In this document: positions 1-10,006 of the stretch, in pieces | Position numbering within the stretch: the stretch's first letter is position 1 | Layout: each line of letters starts with the position of its first letter | NCBI GenBank assembly: GCA_963737265.1 | Contig: CAVTRY010000011.1 | Location: forward strand, 224,001-288,000 | DNA from: an uncultured delta proteobacterium | Lineage (GTDB): Bacteria; Myxococcota_A; Polyangia; Fen-1088 | Direction: 5' to 3' | Length of the DNA stretch: 64,000 bases | Made by a program: the position numbers and the translations under genes | Notes under the pieces: generated by a model | What the model was told of the DNA's origin: nothing | The model's database searches: none | What the model saw: only the letters and a program-made list of their open reading frames with translations

Positions 1-428
1 GCCATGGTCGCATCCGACCCGCGGTTGCCGCCCTTGCTGCCCGAGCGTTCGATGGCCTGTTCGATGCTGTCGCAGGTGAGCACGCCGAAGCCGATGGCCA
101 GCTTGGCCTCGGCGGCGATGCTGGCGATGCCGCGCGTGGTCTGATTGACCACCACATCGAAATGCGGTGTGGCCCCGCGAATCACCACACCCAGGCACAC
201 CAGTGCGTCGAACTTTCCCGAGTCCGCCACCCGGCGTGCAAGGCCCGTCAGCTCGAAGGCTCCGGGGCAGCGAAAAACCTCGACGTCGTCGTCGACGGCA
301 CCGGTCTTGGCCAGGGCATCGAGAGCGCCTTCGATGAGCTTGTCCGCGATGAACTCGTTCCAGCGCGAGGCGATGATGGCGAAACGCTTGCCTTTGGCGC
401 TCCAGGTACCTTGGTGGATATGGGGCAT
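1..428 (-). CDS. ribH: 6,7-dimethyl-8-ribityllumazine synthase (3' end runs off the window)
   Basis: Manual minus-strand translation from ATG at 428 gives MPHIHQGTWSAKGKRFAIIASRWNEFIADKLIEGA...PGAFEL...GVVIRGATPHFD. It abuts the ribB stop. Confidence 0.95.
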   Translation of the reverse strand, partial: MPHIHQGTWSAKGKRFAIIASRWNEFIADKLIEGALDALAKTGAVDDDVEVFRCPGAFELTGLARRVADSGKFDALVCLGVVIRGATPHFDVVVNQTTRGIASIAAEAKLAIGFGVLTCDSIEQAIERSGSKGGNRGSDATM

Positions 429-1583
429 TTAGTGGGCCTCTCTTTCGTGCAGCGACACCACATCGGCCGGTGGACCGCTTGGGACGCATTCGACAACGTG
501 TATACCGTAACCCTCGATCCCCGCTAGTCTGCGCGGATTGTTGGTGAGCAATCGGATCGATTTGATCCCGAGGTGGACGAGAACTTGCGAGCCCAGCCCG
601 ATGTCCCGCAGTGGCGCACTCGCGGGCTCGTTGCCGGTGGTTGCGGCGCCCAATTCGGAGGCGAAGGAGTGGCCGGCGCGCGGCAGGATGTAGAGCAGAA
701 TTCCGCGGCCTTCACTTTCGATGCGGCGAAGCCAGTCGGTCGCGGGAATCGTGTCGCCGGGACGCACGACGGAGAAGATGTCGCGCAGGAGGTTGGCAAC
801 CTGGACGCGTACCAGCACCGGGTCGTCGGTCGAAACATCACCGAGAGCGAGCACGAGGTACTCGGCGTCTTCCACCTCGCTGCCGAAAAGGAAGGCTTTG
901 TAGGTCGCGTGCAGGCCGTGCCGGTTCGGCTTGATTTCCGTCTCGGCCAGCTGACGGACAAGCAACTCGCGCGCCATTCGGTATTGAATGAGATCCGAGA
1001 TTTGCACGATGCCAAGACCGTGATGAGAGGCGAATGATTCGAGATCCGCGACGCGCGCCATCTCGCCGTCTTCGCGCATGATCTCGCAGATGACTCCGGC
1101 GGGCGTGCGGCCGGCGAGGCGCGCCAGATCGACCGCGCCCTCGGTGTGACCCGAGCGCACCAAGACGCCGCCGCGCTTGGCCCGCAAGGGGAAGATGTGC
1201 CCGGGGGTAACCAGATCGTCGGGATTCACCTCGGGCGCCACCGCGACCCGGATGGTGTGGGCACGCTCGCGTGCCGAGATCCCGGTGCTGATGCCGCATC
1301 GGGCGTCGATGCTGACGGTGAACGCGGTGCCGTGAGGCGAGCGGTTGTCCTGGGTCATCATCGGCAGGCGCAACTCTTCGACCTTGGTCTCGCTCAGGGC
1401 GAGACAGATGAGCCCGCGGCCGTGGCTGGCCATGAAGTTGATCGCATCTGGCGTGACCAGATCGGCGGCCATGGTCAGGTCGCCCTCATTCTCGCGGTCT
1501 TCGTCGTCGACAACGATAACGATTTTGCCGGCGCGGATGTTTTCGATGGCCTGGTCGACAGAAATGTGCGGACTAGCGGGCAT
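429..1583 (-). CDS. ribB: 3,4-dihydroxy-2-butanone-4-phosphate synthase fused to a degenerate GTP cyclohydrolase II-like domain (RibBX type)
   Basis: [24 protein letters not shown] and ICEI are DHBPS motifs. The C-terminal domain has RLLTNNP but lacks the Cys zinc ligands. Confidence 0.92.
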   Translation of the reverse strand: MPASPHISVDQAIENIRAGKIVIVVDDEDRENEGDLTMAADLVTPDAINFMASHGRGLICLALSETKVEELRLPMMTQDNRSPHGTAFTVSIDARCGISTGISARERAHTIRVAVAPEVNPDDLVTPGHIFPLRAKRGGVLVRSGHTEGAVDLARLAGRTPAGVICEIMREDGEMARVADLESFASHHGLGIVQISDLIQYRMARELLVRQLAETEIKPNRHGLHATYKAFLFGSEVEDAEYLVLALGDVSTDDPVLVRVQVANLLRDIFSVVRPGDTIPATDWLRRIESEGRGILLYILPRAGHSFASELGAATTGNEPASAPLRDIGLGSQVLVHLGIKSIRLLTNNPRRLAGIEGYGIHVVECVPSGPPADVVSLHEREAH

Positions 1584-1591
1584 GGATCCTT

Positions 1592-2197
1592 TCACCGGGT
1601 CCTTTCGACGAAACGAGCGATCTGTTTAGCAATCATGTCGGCTTCGAGATTGACACTACCACCGGCGCGAAGCTCGCCGAGAAGAGTAACCTCCAACGTA
1701 TGAGGAATTAGCAAGACCTCGAAGGTCGCGCCCTTGACGTCGTTGATGGTCAGACTGACACCGTCGATGGCAATCGAGCCCTTCTTGAACAGAAACGAAA
1801 CGATCTCGTTCGGCGCGGTCACGCGCAGGGCAAGCGTGCCGCCGTGCTTGCGAGCCGCCTCGACGCGTCCGGTTCCGTCGATGTGGCCGCTGACCATGTG
1901 GCCGCCGAGTGAATCGCCGAGGCGAAGTGCTCGTTCGAGATGCACGCGGGCGCCGGGCCCGAGGCCGCCGAGAGTGGTGCAGGCGATGGTCTCCTGGCCC
2001 AAGTCGGCCTGAAACATGGCTGGACGTCCCGGCCTGCGCGCTACGATGGTGAGGCAGGCGCCATTCATGGCAATGCTAGCACCGATGGGCAGCGTGCCCA
2101 CGTCGAGCGTGGTCTTGACGGTCAGTCGGCGAGTGCCGCCGGTCCCCGCGCGTGAGGATTCGACCTTGCCTATGCCTTCGACGATGCCAGTGAACAC
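1592..2197 (-). CDS. ribE: riboflavin synthase alpha chain
   Basis: MFTGIVE N-terminus, [17 protein letters not shown]. Confidence 0.96.
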   Translation of the reverse strand: MFTGIVEGIGKVESSRAGTGGTRRLTVKTTLDVGTLPIGASIAMNGACLTIVARRPGRPAMFQADLGQETIACTTLGGLGPGARVHLERALRLGDSLGGHMVSGHIDGTGRVEAARKHGGTLALRVTAPNEIVSFLFKKGSIAIDGVSLTINDVKGATFEVLLIPHTLEVTLLGELRAGGSVNLEADMIAKQIARFVERTR

Positions 2198-2226
2198 GGA
2201 AACACGTTTGAGTTCGATTCTTGTCG

Positions 2227-3396
2227 TTACTTGTGGCGGCGTTGCCCAGGGTCGATGACGTCCGCGGTGAGAAGGATGTCGTCGCCGAGAGCGCGGACCG
2301 AAATGGGACCGAGCTTGGCTGGGTTGCGCCAGTCAAGACCGTGTCCTTCTACGACGGGGACACCGGATCCCACAAGGCGCGGCGCGAGAAATAGGGCAAC
2401 GGAATCCACCAGTCCGGCGCTGATGAACGCGCCATGGATTTGGCTACCACCCTCCACCAGTAGCGACTGGACCTCGCGGCCGGCAAGCAGGCGCAGGAGC
2501 GCGGGCAGGGCAACGCGGCCGTCTTTCGTGGCGGCGACAAAGTCTATCTCGGCGCCGGCGGATTCGAGCTTGCGCTGGCGCGCGGCAAGCGCGCGGTCGG
2601 CTTGCCCGGGCTGGGCGGCCACGATCAGCGGCGCCTGGCCGCGCGATTGGCGGAGGAATTCCGCTGTCGGTTTCGTGCGCAGCCGACTGTCGAGAACGAC
2701 ACACAACGGATCGCGCCTTTTGTCGCGCTTTCGCTGTTTTTGACGAGCCGTCAAGCGCGGATCGTCCGCAAGGATCGTTCCGACACCCACCAGGATGGCA
2801 TCGTGCTCGGCGCGCATGACGTGGGCGTATGCGCGGGCCGTGCTGCCCGTGATCCAGCGTTCGTTGCCCGCGCGCTGCTTTTCCTTGCGGTCGCCGATGA
2901 AGCCGTCGAGGGTGGCCGCCACCTTAACCGTCGTCCACGGTCGCCTGGTGCGGATCCAGGCAAAAAAGGCACGGTTCTGGTGGCGGCATTCGTCCTTGAG
3001 GCAGCCGGCATCCACGCGCACGCCTGCCCGGCGTAGAAGGGCAATGCCACGGCCGCTCACCAGTGGGTTCTCGTCGCAGCAGCCGACCACCACACGCCCG
3101 ATGCCCGAGCCAAGGATGGAATCGGTGCAAGGTCCGGTGCGCCCCTCGTGGCAGCACGGCTCTAAGGTTACGTACAGCGTGGCTCCTTGCGCGCGCATCC
3201 CCACTTGCGAGAGTGCCTCGATTTCCGCGTGGGGCAGGCCGGCGCGGCGATGAAAGCCTCGCGCCAGCACCTTGCCGTCCTTGACCAGCAGCGCGCCCAC
3301 CACGGGATTGGGCCGTGTGAATCCGCGACCGCGCTCGGCGAGGCGCAAGGCTGCGCGCATAGAGCGGCGATCGTCGTCGCTGAATTGGGTGGTCAC
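2227..3396 (-). CDS. ribD: bifunctional diaminohydroxyphosphoribosylaminopyrimidine deaminase/reductase
   Basis: PNPVVGA, HAE, TLEPCCHEGRTGPC and LVEGG motifs. Confidence 0.96.
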   Translation of the reverse strand: MTTQFSDDDRRSMRAALRLAERGRGFTRPNPVVGALLVKDGKVLARGFHRRAGLPHAEIEALSQVGMRAQGATLYVTLEPCCHEGRTGPCTDSILGSGIGRVVVGCCDENPLVSGRGIALLRRAGVRVDAGCLKDECRHQNRAFFAWIRTRRPWTTVKVAATLDGFIGDRKEKQRAGNERWITGSTARAYAHVMRAEHDAILVGVGTILADDPRLTARQKQRKRDKRRDPLCVVLDSRLRTKPTAEFLRQSRGQAPLIVAAQPGQADRALAARQRKLESAGAEIDFVAATKDGRVALPALLRLLAGREVQSLLVEGGSQIHGAFISAGLVDSVALFLAPRLVGSGVPVVEGHGLDWRNPAKLGPISVRALGDDILLTADVIDPGQRRHK

Positions 3397-3860
3397 GCGC
3401 CCTCGGACTTCGAGCGCATGAGCCGTTGCACTTCGTGCATGATCTCACCCGCGTCTTTAAGTGACAGGTACACCGAGGCGAAGCGCAAGTAGGCGACGTC
3501 GTCGATGTCGCGCAGTCGCGAAAGCACGGCGTCGCCGATCTTCGAGGATGGAATCTCCTTGTCGCCGAACTCGCGCAACGTCCGCTCAATCTCGTCCGCC
3601 ACCAGATCGATGCGCGCGGCGGAAACCGGACGTTTTTCGCAGGCCTTCTGCAGACCACTCAAAACCTTGGCGCGGTCATACGGTTCGCGGCGCGCGTCCT
3701 TCTTCACCACCAAAGGCAGCGCTTCCTCGACGCGCTCGTGGGTGGTGAAACGCCGTCCGCACCCGATGCACTCCCGCCTGCGACGAATCATTTGTTCGTC
3801 TTCCGACGGCCGTGTATCCACGACCTTGTCTTCGGTGGCGAAGCAAAATGGACAACGCAT
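3393..3860 (-). CDS. nrdR: transcriptional repressor NrdR
   Basis: MRCPFC...IRRRREC..CGRRFTT zinc ribbon, ATP-cone, VAYLRFASVY. Confidence 0.97.
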   Translation of the reverse strand: MRCPFCFATEDKVVDTRPSEDEQMIRRRRECIGCGRRFTTHERVEEALPLVVKKDARREPYDRAKVLSGLQKACEKRPVSAARIDLVADEIERTLREFGDKEIPSSKIGDAVLSRLRDIDDVAYLRFASVYLSLKDAGEIMHEVQRLMRSKSEGA

Positions 3861-4175
3861 GATGATTGATCCGATAGCTTTCTATCATCCCACCAACGGT
3901 GTTTCGCCGTTTTCTTGCCCGGCCAAGCGTTGATGCCGCCAACGTGCGCATTCCAGCACGGCGTCGGTTTTTCGTGGCCAGATGCGGCATTCCGTCTCAT
4001 GGGTCCGGCAGAATGTGGCGGCGAACACGTCCATCCACACTTCGTGTGATTCCTTACGGAGTGATTTGCGCCTGAAGTGCGCTCTCCCTCGGTCATTGAA
4101 AATTAAGGTAATTCAATTCCTGAATCGGTGCGTCCGCACATTGAGTTGGCGAAATGGACGCGACAAGCCTGGCGC

Positions 4176-4203
4176 TTGACAGAGGCACCAGGAATCGTAG
4201 TCT
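4176..4203 (+). promoter_or_regulatory. sigma70-type promoter upstream of the csp gene
   Basis: TTGACA (4176-4181), 16-bp spacer, TAGTCT (4198-4203); AGGAGG RBS before ATG 4266. Confidence 0.5.
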
Positions 4204-4265
4204 GACGCCGTCCGGACCCTGTTGGGGCGCGCCGGAGTAGCACAGTTTGTTTGTAGGAGGACTGC

Positions 4266-4481
4266 ATGGCAACTGGCAAGGTAAAATGGTTCAGTGACGC
4301 CAAGGGGTACGGTTTTATTGCACGCGATGGGGAGGATGACGTTTTCGTCCATTACTCGGCGATCGAGTCCGAGGGGTATCGGTCTTTGAGCCAGGGGCAG
4401 ACAGTGGAGTTCGAGATCACCAAAGGGCCGAAGGGACTTCAGGCCACCAACGTGAAGACACAGGAAGCACAACAGAGCTGA
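4266..4481 (+). CDS. cold-shock protein (CspA family)
   Basis: [15 protein letters not shown]...[12 protein letters not shown] motifs. Confidence 0.97.
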   Translation: MATGKVKWFSDAKGYGFIARDGEDDVFVHYSAIESEGYRSLSQGQTVEFEITKGPKGLQATNVKTQEAQQS

Positions 4482-4518
4482 CAGCACGACGGAGAACAGC
4501 GGAACGTACTGCCGATCC

Positions 4519-4582
4519 AGTCTGTCTTCCTGTCTGTCTTCCTGTCTTCTTCCTGTCCTCTACCTGTCTTCTACCTGTCTTC
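4519..4582. repeat. degenerate short tandem repeat (CTGTCTTC / GAAGACAG units) at the sigma-gene stop
   Basis: Several CTGTC(TTC) units, including an 11-bp tandem duplication of the sigma gene 3' end (minus strand GAAGACAGGTA x2). Confidence 0.75.
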
Positions 4583-5647
4583 GCCTTGCCAGGTCATCTG
4601 GATGTCTGCGCCAAGGTCGGCGATCACGCGATCGCGGAATTGCTTCTTGAGCTTCTCCGCGATTTGCCCCATGCGTTGCTTCGAGACGCCGTAGCGCTCG
4701 CCTAAGGCCGCGAGTGCGATGGGGTCGGCTGCCGTGGGCGCCAGGTGTTCACGCCAGATCGCGAGCTGGCGCTCGTCGGTGAGCTTGCCTTCGAAGTCGT
4801 CCATCAGCTTGCGGATGACGTGGGAAAGCTCGTGGCGCGCCGCTTGATCCTCGGGCGAAGCTTCCGGGCGAGCGATGCGTTCGGAGAGCGAAATGCCGTC
4901 CTCGTCGGGCCGTGGCTCTAGCGAGACCTCGCGCGAGGCGAGGTGTCCCGACACCTCGATGATGTCGGCTTCGTCCACATCCAGCTTGGCCGCGAGCAGC
5001 TTGGGCGTGGGATCGAACCCCGCCGCCAGCAGCTTTTGCCGTTCCTTCTCCAGTCGGAAAAACAGTTTGCGGCCGGCGCGCGTGTTGCCGACGTGGATAA
5101 GGCGCACGTTGGTCATGAGGAAGCGCAGCATGTAGGCGCGGATCCAGTACGCGGCGTAGGAGCCGAATCGCGTGCCGACCTCGGGATCCCAGCGCCGCAC
5201 GGCCTCCATGAGACCAACCGATCCTTCTTGAAATAGATCGAGCACGTTGAGCCAGGCTTGCCGGTACTGATAGGCGATGGCGACGACCAGACGCAGATTG
5301 TGGACTACCAGCTTGCGAGCGGCGTCGAGGTCGCCGCGGTCGCGCGCGCTACGTCCGAGCTCGCGCTCTTCGTTTTCGTCGAGGCGCGCGTGGCGGCGAG
5401 CTTCTTCGACGAAACGCCGCACCGGATCGCGGAAGGTGACGAGATGCTTCTCCGGTGCGGGCAGGATGCGATCGAGCGCGGTTTCTTCGACCGGTGACGG
5501 CACATCTGGCGGCGCGTCCGACGGATCGGACAACAAAAGATCAGCCGCGCCCGCGTCTTCGTCGGAGACCAGCACCGAATTTTCCCGATCATGCGCGACC
5601 GGTTCGTCGGACGGAGGGGCGACCTTGGGGGCTCGCGGGCGTCGCAT
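4571..5647 (-). CDS. RNA polymerase sigma factor, RpoH/sigma-32 family
   Basis: NLRLVV, DLFQEGSVGLMEAV, RFGSYAAYWIRA, RpoH-box-like GRKLFFRL, and region 4 GVSKQRMGQI. Confidence 0.9.
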   Translation of the reverse strand: MRRPRAPKVAPPSDEPVAHDRENSVLVSDEDAGAADLLLSDPSDAPPDVPSPVEETALDRILPAPEKHLVTFRDPVRRFVEEARRHARLDENEERELGRSARDRGDLDAARKLVVHNLRLVVAIAYQYRQAWLNVLDLFQEGSVGLMEAVRRWDPEVGTRFGSYAAYWIRAYMLRFLMTNVRLIHVGNTRAGRKLFFRLEKERQKLLAAGFDPTPKLLAAKLDVDEADIIEVSGHLASREVSLEPRPDEDGISLSERIARPEASPEDQAARHELSHVIRKLMDDFEGKLTDERQLAIWREHLAPTAADPIALAALGERYGVSKQRMGQIAEKLKKQFRDRVIADLGADIQMTWQGEDR

Positions 5648-5651
5648 GGTG

Positions 5652-6701
5652 CTAGCCAAACATTGCTCGCAGAACGGCATCGTTCTGCTCGGCAGTGCCG
5701 ATGGTGATGCGCAGTTTGTCCGACAGCCCCGGTTTGTCGAAGAAGCGCACCAAGATTCCTTGGGACTTGAGCCGTCGATAGACGTCCGCGGCGTTACCGT
5801 CCGGGCAACCGACGAGAATGAAATTGGCTTGGCTCGGGATGACGTCGTAGCCGCGCTTGCCGAGCTCGCTGGTCAATCGGCCGCGCTCGGCGCGTACCGC
5901 CTGCCAGGACCGCCGCGCGTAGGCCTGGTCTTCAAGAGCCGCGGTGGCCGCCAGAATGGAAATGGCGTCGCAGTTGTAGCTGTCCTTCACTTTCATCATC
6001 TCGGCCACCGCCGCCGGTGCGGCGATGGCATAACCGAAGCGCAGGCCGGCTAGCGAGTAGCCTTTGCTGAAGGTTCGACAAAGGACGACGCTCGGCAAAT
6101 CCCGCACGAGGTCGAGGCAGGATTCGTCGGCGAAGTCGACGTAGGCCTCGTCTACCAACAGCAGGCCGTCAAACGCCTTCGCCAGATCGCGCACGCGTGC
6201 CTTCTTCACCACCGTGCCCGTGGGCGCATTGGGGTTGGCGAAAAAAATCGCGCGCGCGCCGGTGGCGAGCAGGGCATCGACGGGCAATTGCCAATTGGGC
6301 TCCCAGGGAACAGTACGAACGCGATTCTCGCTGCCTTCGGCGAGCACGGGATAGAGCGAATAGGTTGGGTCCGGGTAGGCAAGGGTTTCGCCGGGCCCAA
6401 CGAAGGTCCGCATGGCGATGGCCAGGATTTCATCGCTGCCGTTGCCGGCGAGGATCATGTCGGGCGACACGCCGTGCACGCGGGCCGCGACCGCGCGAAA
6501 CGCATCCGCCTTGGGATTCGGATAGCGGCGCAGATGCTCGGGGTCGATGGTGCGGATGGCTTCCACCACCCGTGGGCTCGGCGGGAAGGGATTCTCGTTG
6601 GTGTTCAGTTTGATGACCCGTTCGCCAGGCCCGGGCTGCTCGCCTGGAACATAGGGCGCCATCTTGGCTACGTTGGGACGGGGTTTGGGCGTGCCGGACA
6701 T
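5652..6701 (-). CDS. hisC: histidinol-phosphate aminotransferase
   Basis: IKLNTNENPF, NGSDE, NPNAPTG, VDEAY, RTFSKGYSLAGLRFG. Confidence 0.93.
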   Translation of the reverse strand: MSGTPKPRPNVAKMAPYVPGEQPGPGERVIKLNTNENPFPPSPRVVEAIRTIDPEHLRRYPNPKADAFRAVAARVHGVSPDMILAGNGSDEILAIAMRTFVGPGETLAYPDPTYSLYPVLAEGSENRVRTVPWEPNWQLPVDALLATGARAIFFANPNAPTGTVVKKARVRDLAKAFDGLLLVDEAYVDFADESCLDLVRDLPSVVLCRTFSKGYSLAGLRFGYAIAAPAAVAEMMKVKDSYNCDAISILAATAALEDQAYARRSWQAVRAERGRLTSELGKRGYDVIPSQANFILVGCPDGNAADVYRRLKSQGILVRFFDKPGLSDKLRITIGTAEQNDAVLRAMFG

Positions 6702-6745
6702 GAATACGCAGTATTTCGCACATTGCCCGCCCTGCCGCCAGGGTG

Positions 6746-8285
6746 CTACTTCGCCAGCGTCGGATCGAGGTAGATTGCCAGTGTCGCGGTCACTCGATCC
6801 TGCGCTGCCCGCGCCGCAACGGGCGACGGGACCTCGTTCATGAGAATGGAGAAGAGTAGCGGCTTGCCCGCCGGCACGCCGACGACGCCAGACAGACAGC
6901 TCACGTTGGCCAGCGTGCCGGTCTTGGCCCGGACATTCCGTTCCGCCGCCGAACCACCGGTGCGGTGGGCGAGGGTACCGTCCGCGCCGCCCACGGCAAG
7001 GGAAGCGAGGAATTCGCTCGCGATTCTGAAGTCACGGGTGGCGGCGCGCAGGATGAAGATAATCTGTTCGGCGGAAAACCGATTTGAATCGTAGAGCCCC
7101 GAGCCATTCTTCATCACGTACGTGCCCCGAGAAATTCCGGCACTTTCGAGATAGCGGGCGACGGCGTCGAGTCCTTTTTGCCAGGTTCCGGGGCGTCCCA
7201 TGATTTCCCCCCCCAGTGTGCGCAAAAGTTGTTCGGCGGCAAAGTTACTCGAACGTTTGCCAAGCTCGTGCGCGACCACGGCCAGGGCCGGCGAATCGTG
7301 TGTGGCGAGCACGCGCAGTCCATCCTTGGGCGCGACGCCGACCCGCACCGGTTTGTCGACGGTGATGCCGCGCTTGGCGAGGATTTGCTTGAAGGTCTGG
7401 CCGAAGAACATCTCGGGTGTGCTGACGCGGCGCCGAATCGCACGCGGTTCGGCGCCCGTGAGGATGCGGCCGGCGACGCTGACACGGGTTTGTCCGTTTC
7501 CCGCATCGCTGGTTTCGACCTCGGGCACGGCCGGACCCTTGGCCGCCGTAGTGACGGTACCGCTGAGCACGAGCGCTGCCGACGCAGGGTTGAGCACGAT
7601 GCGTGCGGGCGCACCCGCCGTCGCGGCGGGGACGACGGTTACGCTGACAACATTGCCATTGAGCGAGGCCGCGGATGAGGGCGCACGAAAAGCTGCGGAA
7701 TCGCTTTTCTGATCGAAATTCGGTCCGACGGTCGCGCTGTCGAAAGCGCTGGCGTCGATGACCAAGCCGCCGCGCACCTTGTGCAAGCCCGCGGCTGCGA
7801 GCTCGGCTGCCAGTGCGCCCAAATCCTGGGCCGAAAACGTCGGGTCGCCGGAAGCCTTGAGGTAAAGGTCGCCGTGCAGCTCGCCTCCGGAAATGGCCTT
7901 GCCGCCCTCGGCCGGGACCGGGCCGAGTAGGGTTGTCTTCCAGCGAAATTCCGGCCCAAGCAGCGCCAGCGACGCGACCTCGGTGGCAATCTTGACGTTC
8001 GAGGCAGCGTTGAGCCCGACCTTTTCATTCTTCGCGTAGATGAGCTTTCCGCTCTCCGGATCCATCACCGCGACCGACATTTTCGCGTGGCCCAGCGACG
8101 GCCCGCTCAAGAATCTCGTCGAGCCGGGCTCTGAGCCACAGGCGCCGAGCTTCGGGTTCCTTGGGCGCTGGCGGTGATGGGGCCGCGGCGGGTCCGGCGT
8201 CGATGGCGGCGGCAGCCTCGGCCTGGGCCAGCTGCGGGACGGAGAGCGCGAGACCGAGGAGGAGAGAAATCTTGCGGCTGTGCAT
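6746..8285 (-). CDS. dacB: D-alanyl-D-alanine carboxypeptidase/endopeptidase (PBP4, S13); frameshift near 8110, probably a sequencing error
   Basis: SxxK (ASNVK), SSN and KTG motifs. The signal peptide lies in another frame (8025..8285) that joins at ~8110. Confidence 0.88.
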
Positions 8286-8560
8286 GGGTCATCAGCGTCT
8301 ATCGGGCGAGGGCACACGTCAAATACCCAGAAATTTGCAGGCTGAAGACATGTCCATCAATCGCTCCCGTCGCCCGTTCGGCTGCGCAGCCCGCCCGCTT
8401 CGTTTCTCCTCGCTTAGGTAGCCCGCGCTATGCGCGCCCGTCGCGCCTCGCGGGCGGGCTTGCTCGCTCGGCCGGGGCTCGGTCTGCCATTGATAGACAC
8501 GTCTTGAGAGTTTGCGACGAGCAGTCGACGCGAGTCGACCGGTTCTCCATAATGTGCGGC

Positions 8561-9883
8561 GTGGATCTTTTCGCGCGAGCAGCCAACAAGGACAGGAGAG
8601 GGCAACCCCTTGCCGAACGGATGCGACCCGAGAATCTGGCCGAGTACGTCGGGCAGGAGCATTTGCTCGGACCTGGACGCTGGCTGCGGCGAGCGATCGA
8701 CAGCAAGGACCTGACGTCGCTGATTCTGTGGGGACCGCCCGGCACAGGGAAGACGACCTTGGGCCGCCTGCTTGCGGCGGAAATCCGGGCGTCTTTCGTA
8801 GCGCTGTCCGCCGTCATGGCCGGCGTGAAGGAGGTGCGCGAGGCGGTCGCCGAGGCTGCGCAGCGACGGGACCTCCGCGGCGAACGGTCGTTGCTGTTCA
8901 TCGACGAAATCCACCGGTTCAACAAAGCACAGCAAGACGCGCTGCTGCCGCACGTGGAGGCCGGCACCATCATTCTTGTCGGGGCGACGACGGAAAATCC
9001 GTCCTTCGAGGTGAATGCGCCACTGCTTTCGCGCGCCAAGGTTTTGGTGCTAAAGCCGCTGTCGGAAGAAAACCTGCGCGCCATCATCGATCGGGCCCTG
9101 GCAGATCCGGATCGCGGGCTCGGGCGCGAAGCTATCGATTGTCCCGACCCGATTCGCGACCAGCTGGCGCGCGAGGCGAGGGGCGACGCCCGGCGGGCCT
9201 TGTCCGCCCTGGAATCCGCCGCGTCCATTGCCATGCCCGACGAGAACGACCAACGGCACATCGACGAGCAGACGCTTGCCGAAGCCTTGCAGCGCAAGAC
9301 TTTGATCTACGACAAGGCGGGCGACGAGCACTACATGGTGGTGAGCGCGTTCATCAAGAGCATGCGCGGCAGCGATCCGGACGCGGCGGTGTACTGGATG
9401 GCGCGCATGCTTGAAGCAGGCGAGGAGCCGCTCTTCATTCTGCGCCGAATGGTGATCTTCGCGGCCGAAGACATCGGCAATGCCGACCCCAATGCCCTGC
9501 GCGTGGCGATGGCGGCCACCGACGCGGTTCGCTTCGTCGGGTTGCCCGAGGGTTATCTACCCATGAGCCAGGCCGCCATCTATCTGGCCGTGGCGCCCAA
9601 AAGCAACAGCGCGCTCACGACCTACGCCGCGGCCAAGCGCGACATCGACGAATTCGGCGCCTTGCCGGTTCCCATGCACCTGCGCAACGCCAGCACTGGC
9701 CTTGCCAAGTCGCTTGGGTTCGGCCAGGGCTATCAGTATCCGCACAACGTCGACGGCCACTACGTGGTCGAAGACTATCTGCCCGAAGAGCTTCGCGGCC
9801 GGCATTACTACCAGCCGTCGAAGTCGGGCCGCGAACGCGATATCGGCGAATACCTGGCGGCCTTGCGCAAGCGCGAAAAATAG
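8561..9883 (+). CDS. rarA: replication-associated recombination protein A (AAA+)
   Basis: PLAERMRP, GPPGTGKTT, IDEIHRFNKAQQD, SAFIKSMRGSDPDAA. GTG start inferred. Confidence 0.95.
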   Translation: MDLFARAANKDRRGQPLAERMRPENLAEYVGQEHLLGPGRWLRRAIDSKDLTSLILWGPPGTGKTTLGRLLAAEIRASFVALSAVMAGVKEVREAVAEAAQRRDLRGERSLLFIDEIHRFNKAQQDALLPHVEAGTIILVGATTENPSFEVNAPLLSRAKVLVLKPLSEENLRAIIDRALADPDRGLGREAIDCPDPIRDQLAREARGDARRALSALESAASIAMPDENDQRHIDEQTLAEALQRKTLIYDKAGDEHYMVVSAFIKSMRGSDPDAAVYWMARMLEAGEEPLFILRRMVIFAAEDIGNADPNALRVAMAATDAVRFVGLPEGYLPMSQAAIYLAVAPKSNSALTTYAAAKRDIDEFGALPVPMHLRNASTGLAKSLGFGQGYQYPHNVDGHYVVEDYLPEELRGRHYYQPSKSGRERDIGEYLAALRKREK

Positions 9884-9895
9884 ATCCGGAATTTC

Positions 9896-9995
9896 ACCAC
9901 GGAGGGCACAGAGGCGCGGAATGAAGGGGGATTTCCAGGATATCGAATCCGGACCCTTCCATTTCCGACTCTGTGTTCTCTGTGCCCTGTGTGGT
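9896..9995. repeat. intergenic inverted repeat (ACCACGGAGGGCACAGAG ... CTCTGTGTTCTCTGTGCCCTGTGTGGT) between convergent genes
   Basis: Complementary arms built from CACAGAG/CTCTGTG units; REP-like. Confidence 0.65.
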
Positions 9996-10006
9996 TAATT
10001 TCTTCC

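Noticed and set aside
3860-4170. FMN riboswitch upstream of the rib operon
   Set aside because: No RFN consensus segments recognised; the operon starts with nrdR.
6746-8285. dacB, radC, orn, WD40 and anti-sigma as true pseudogenes or programmed frameshifts
   Set aside because: Each has a single indel with otherwise intact motifs and no slippery heptamer, so sequencing error is more parsimonious.
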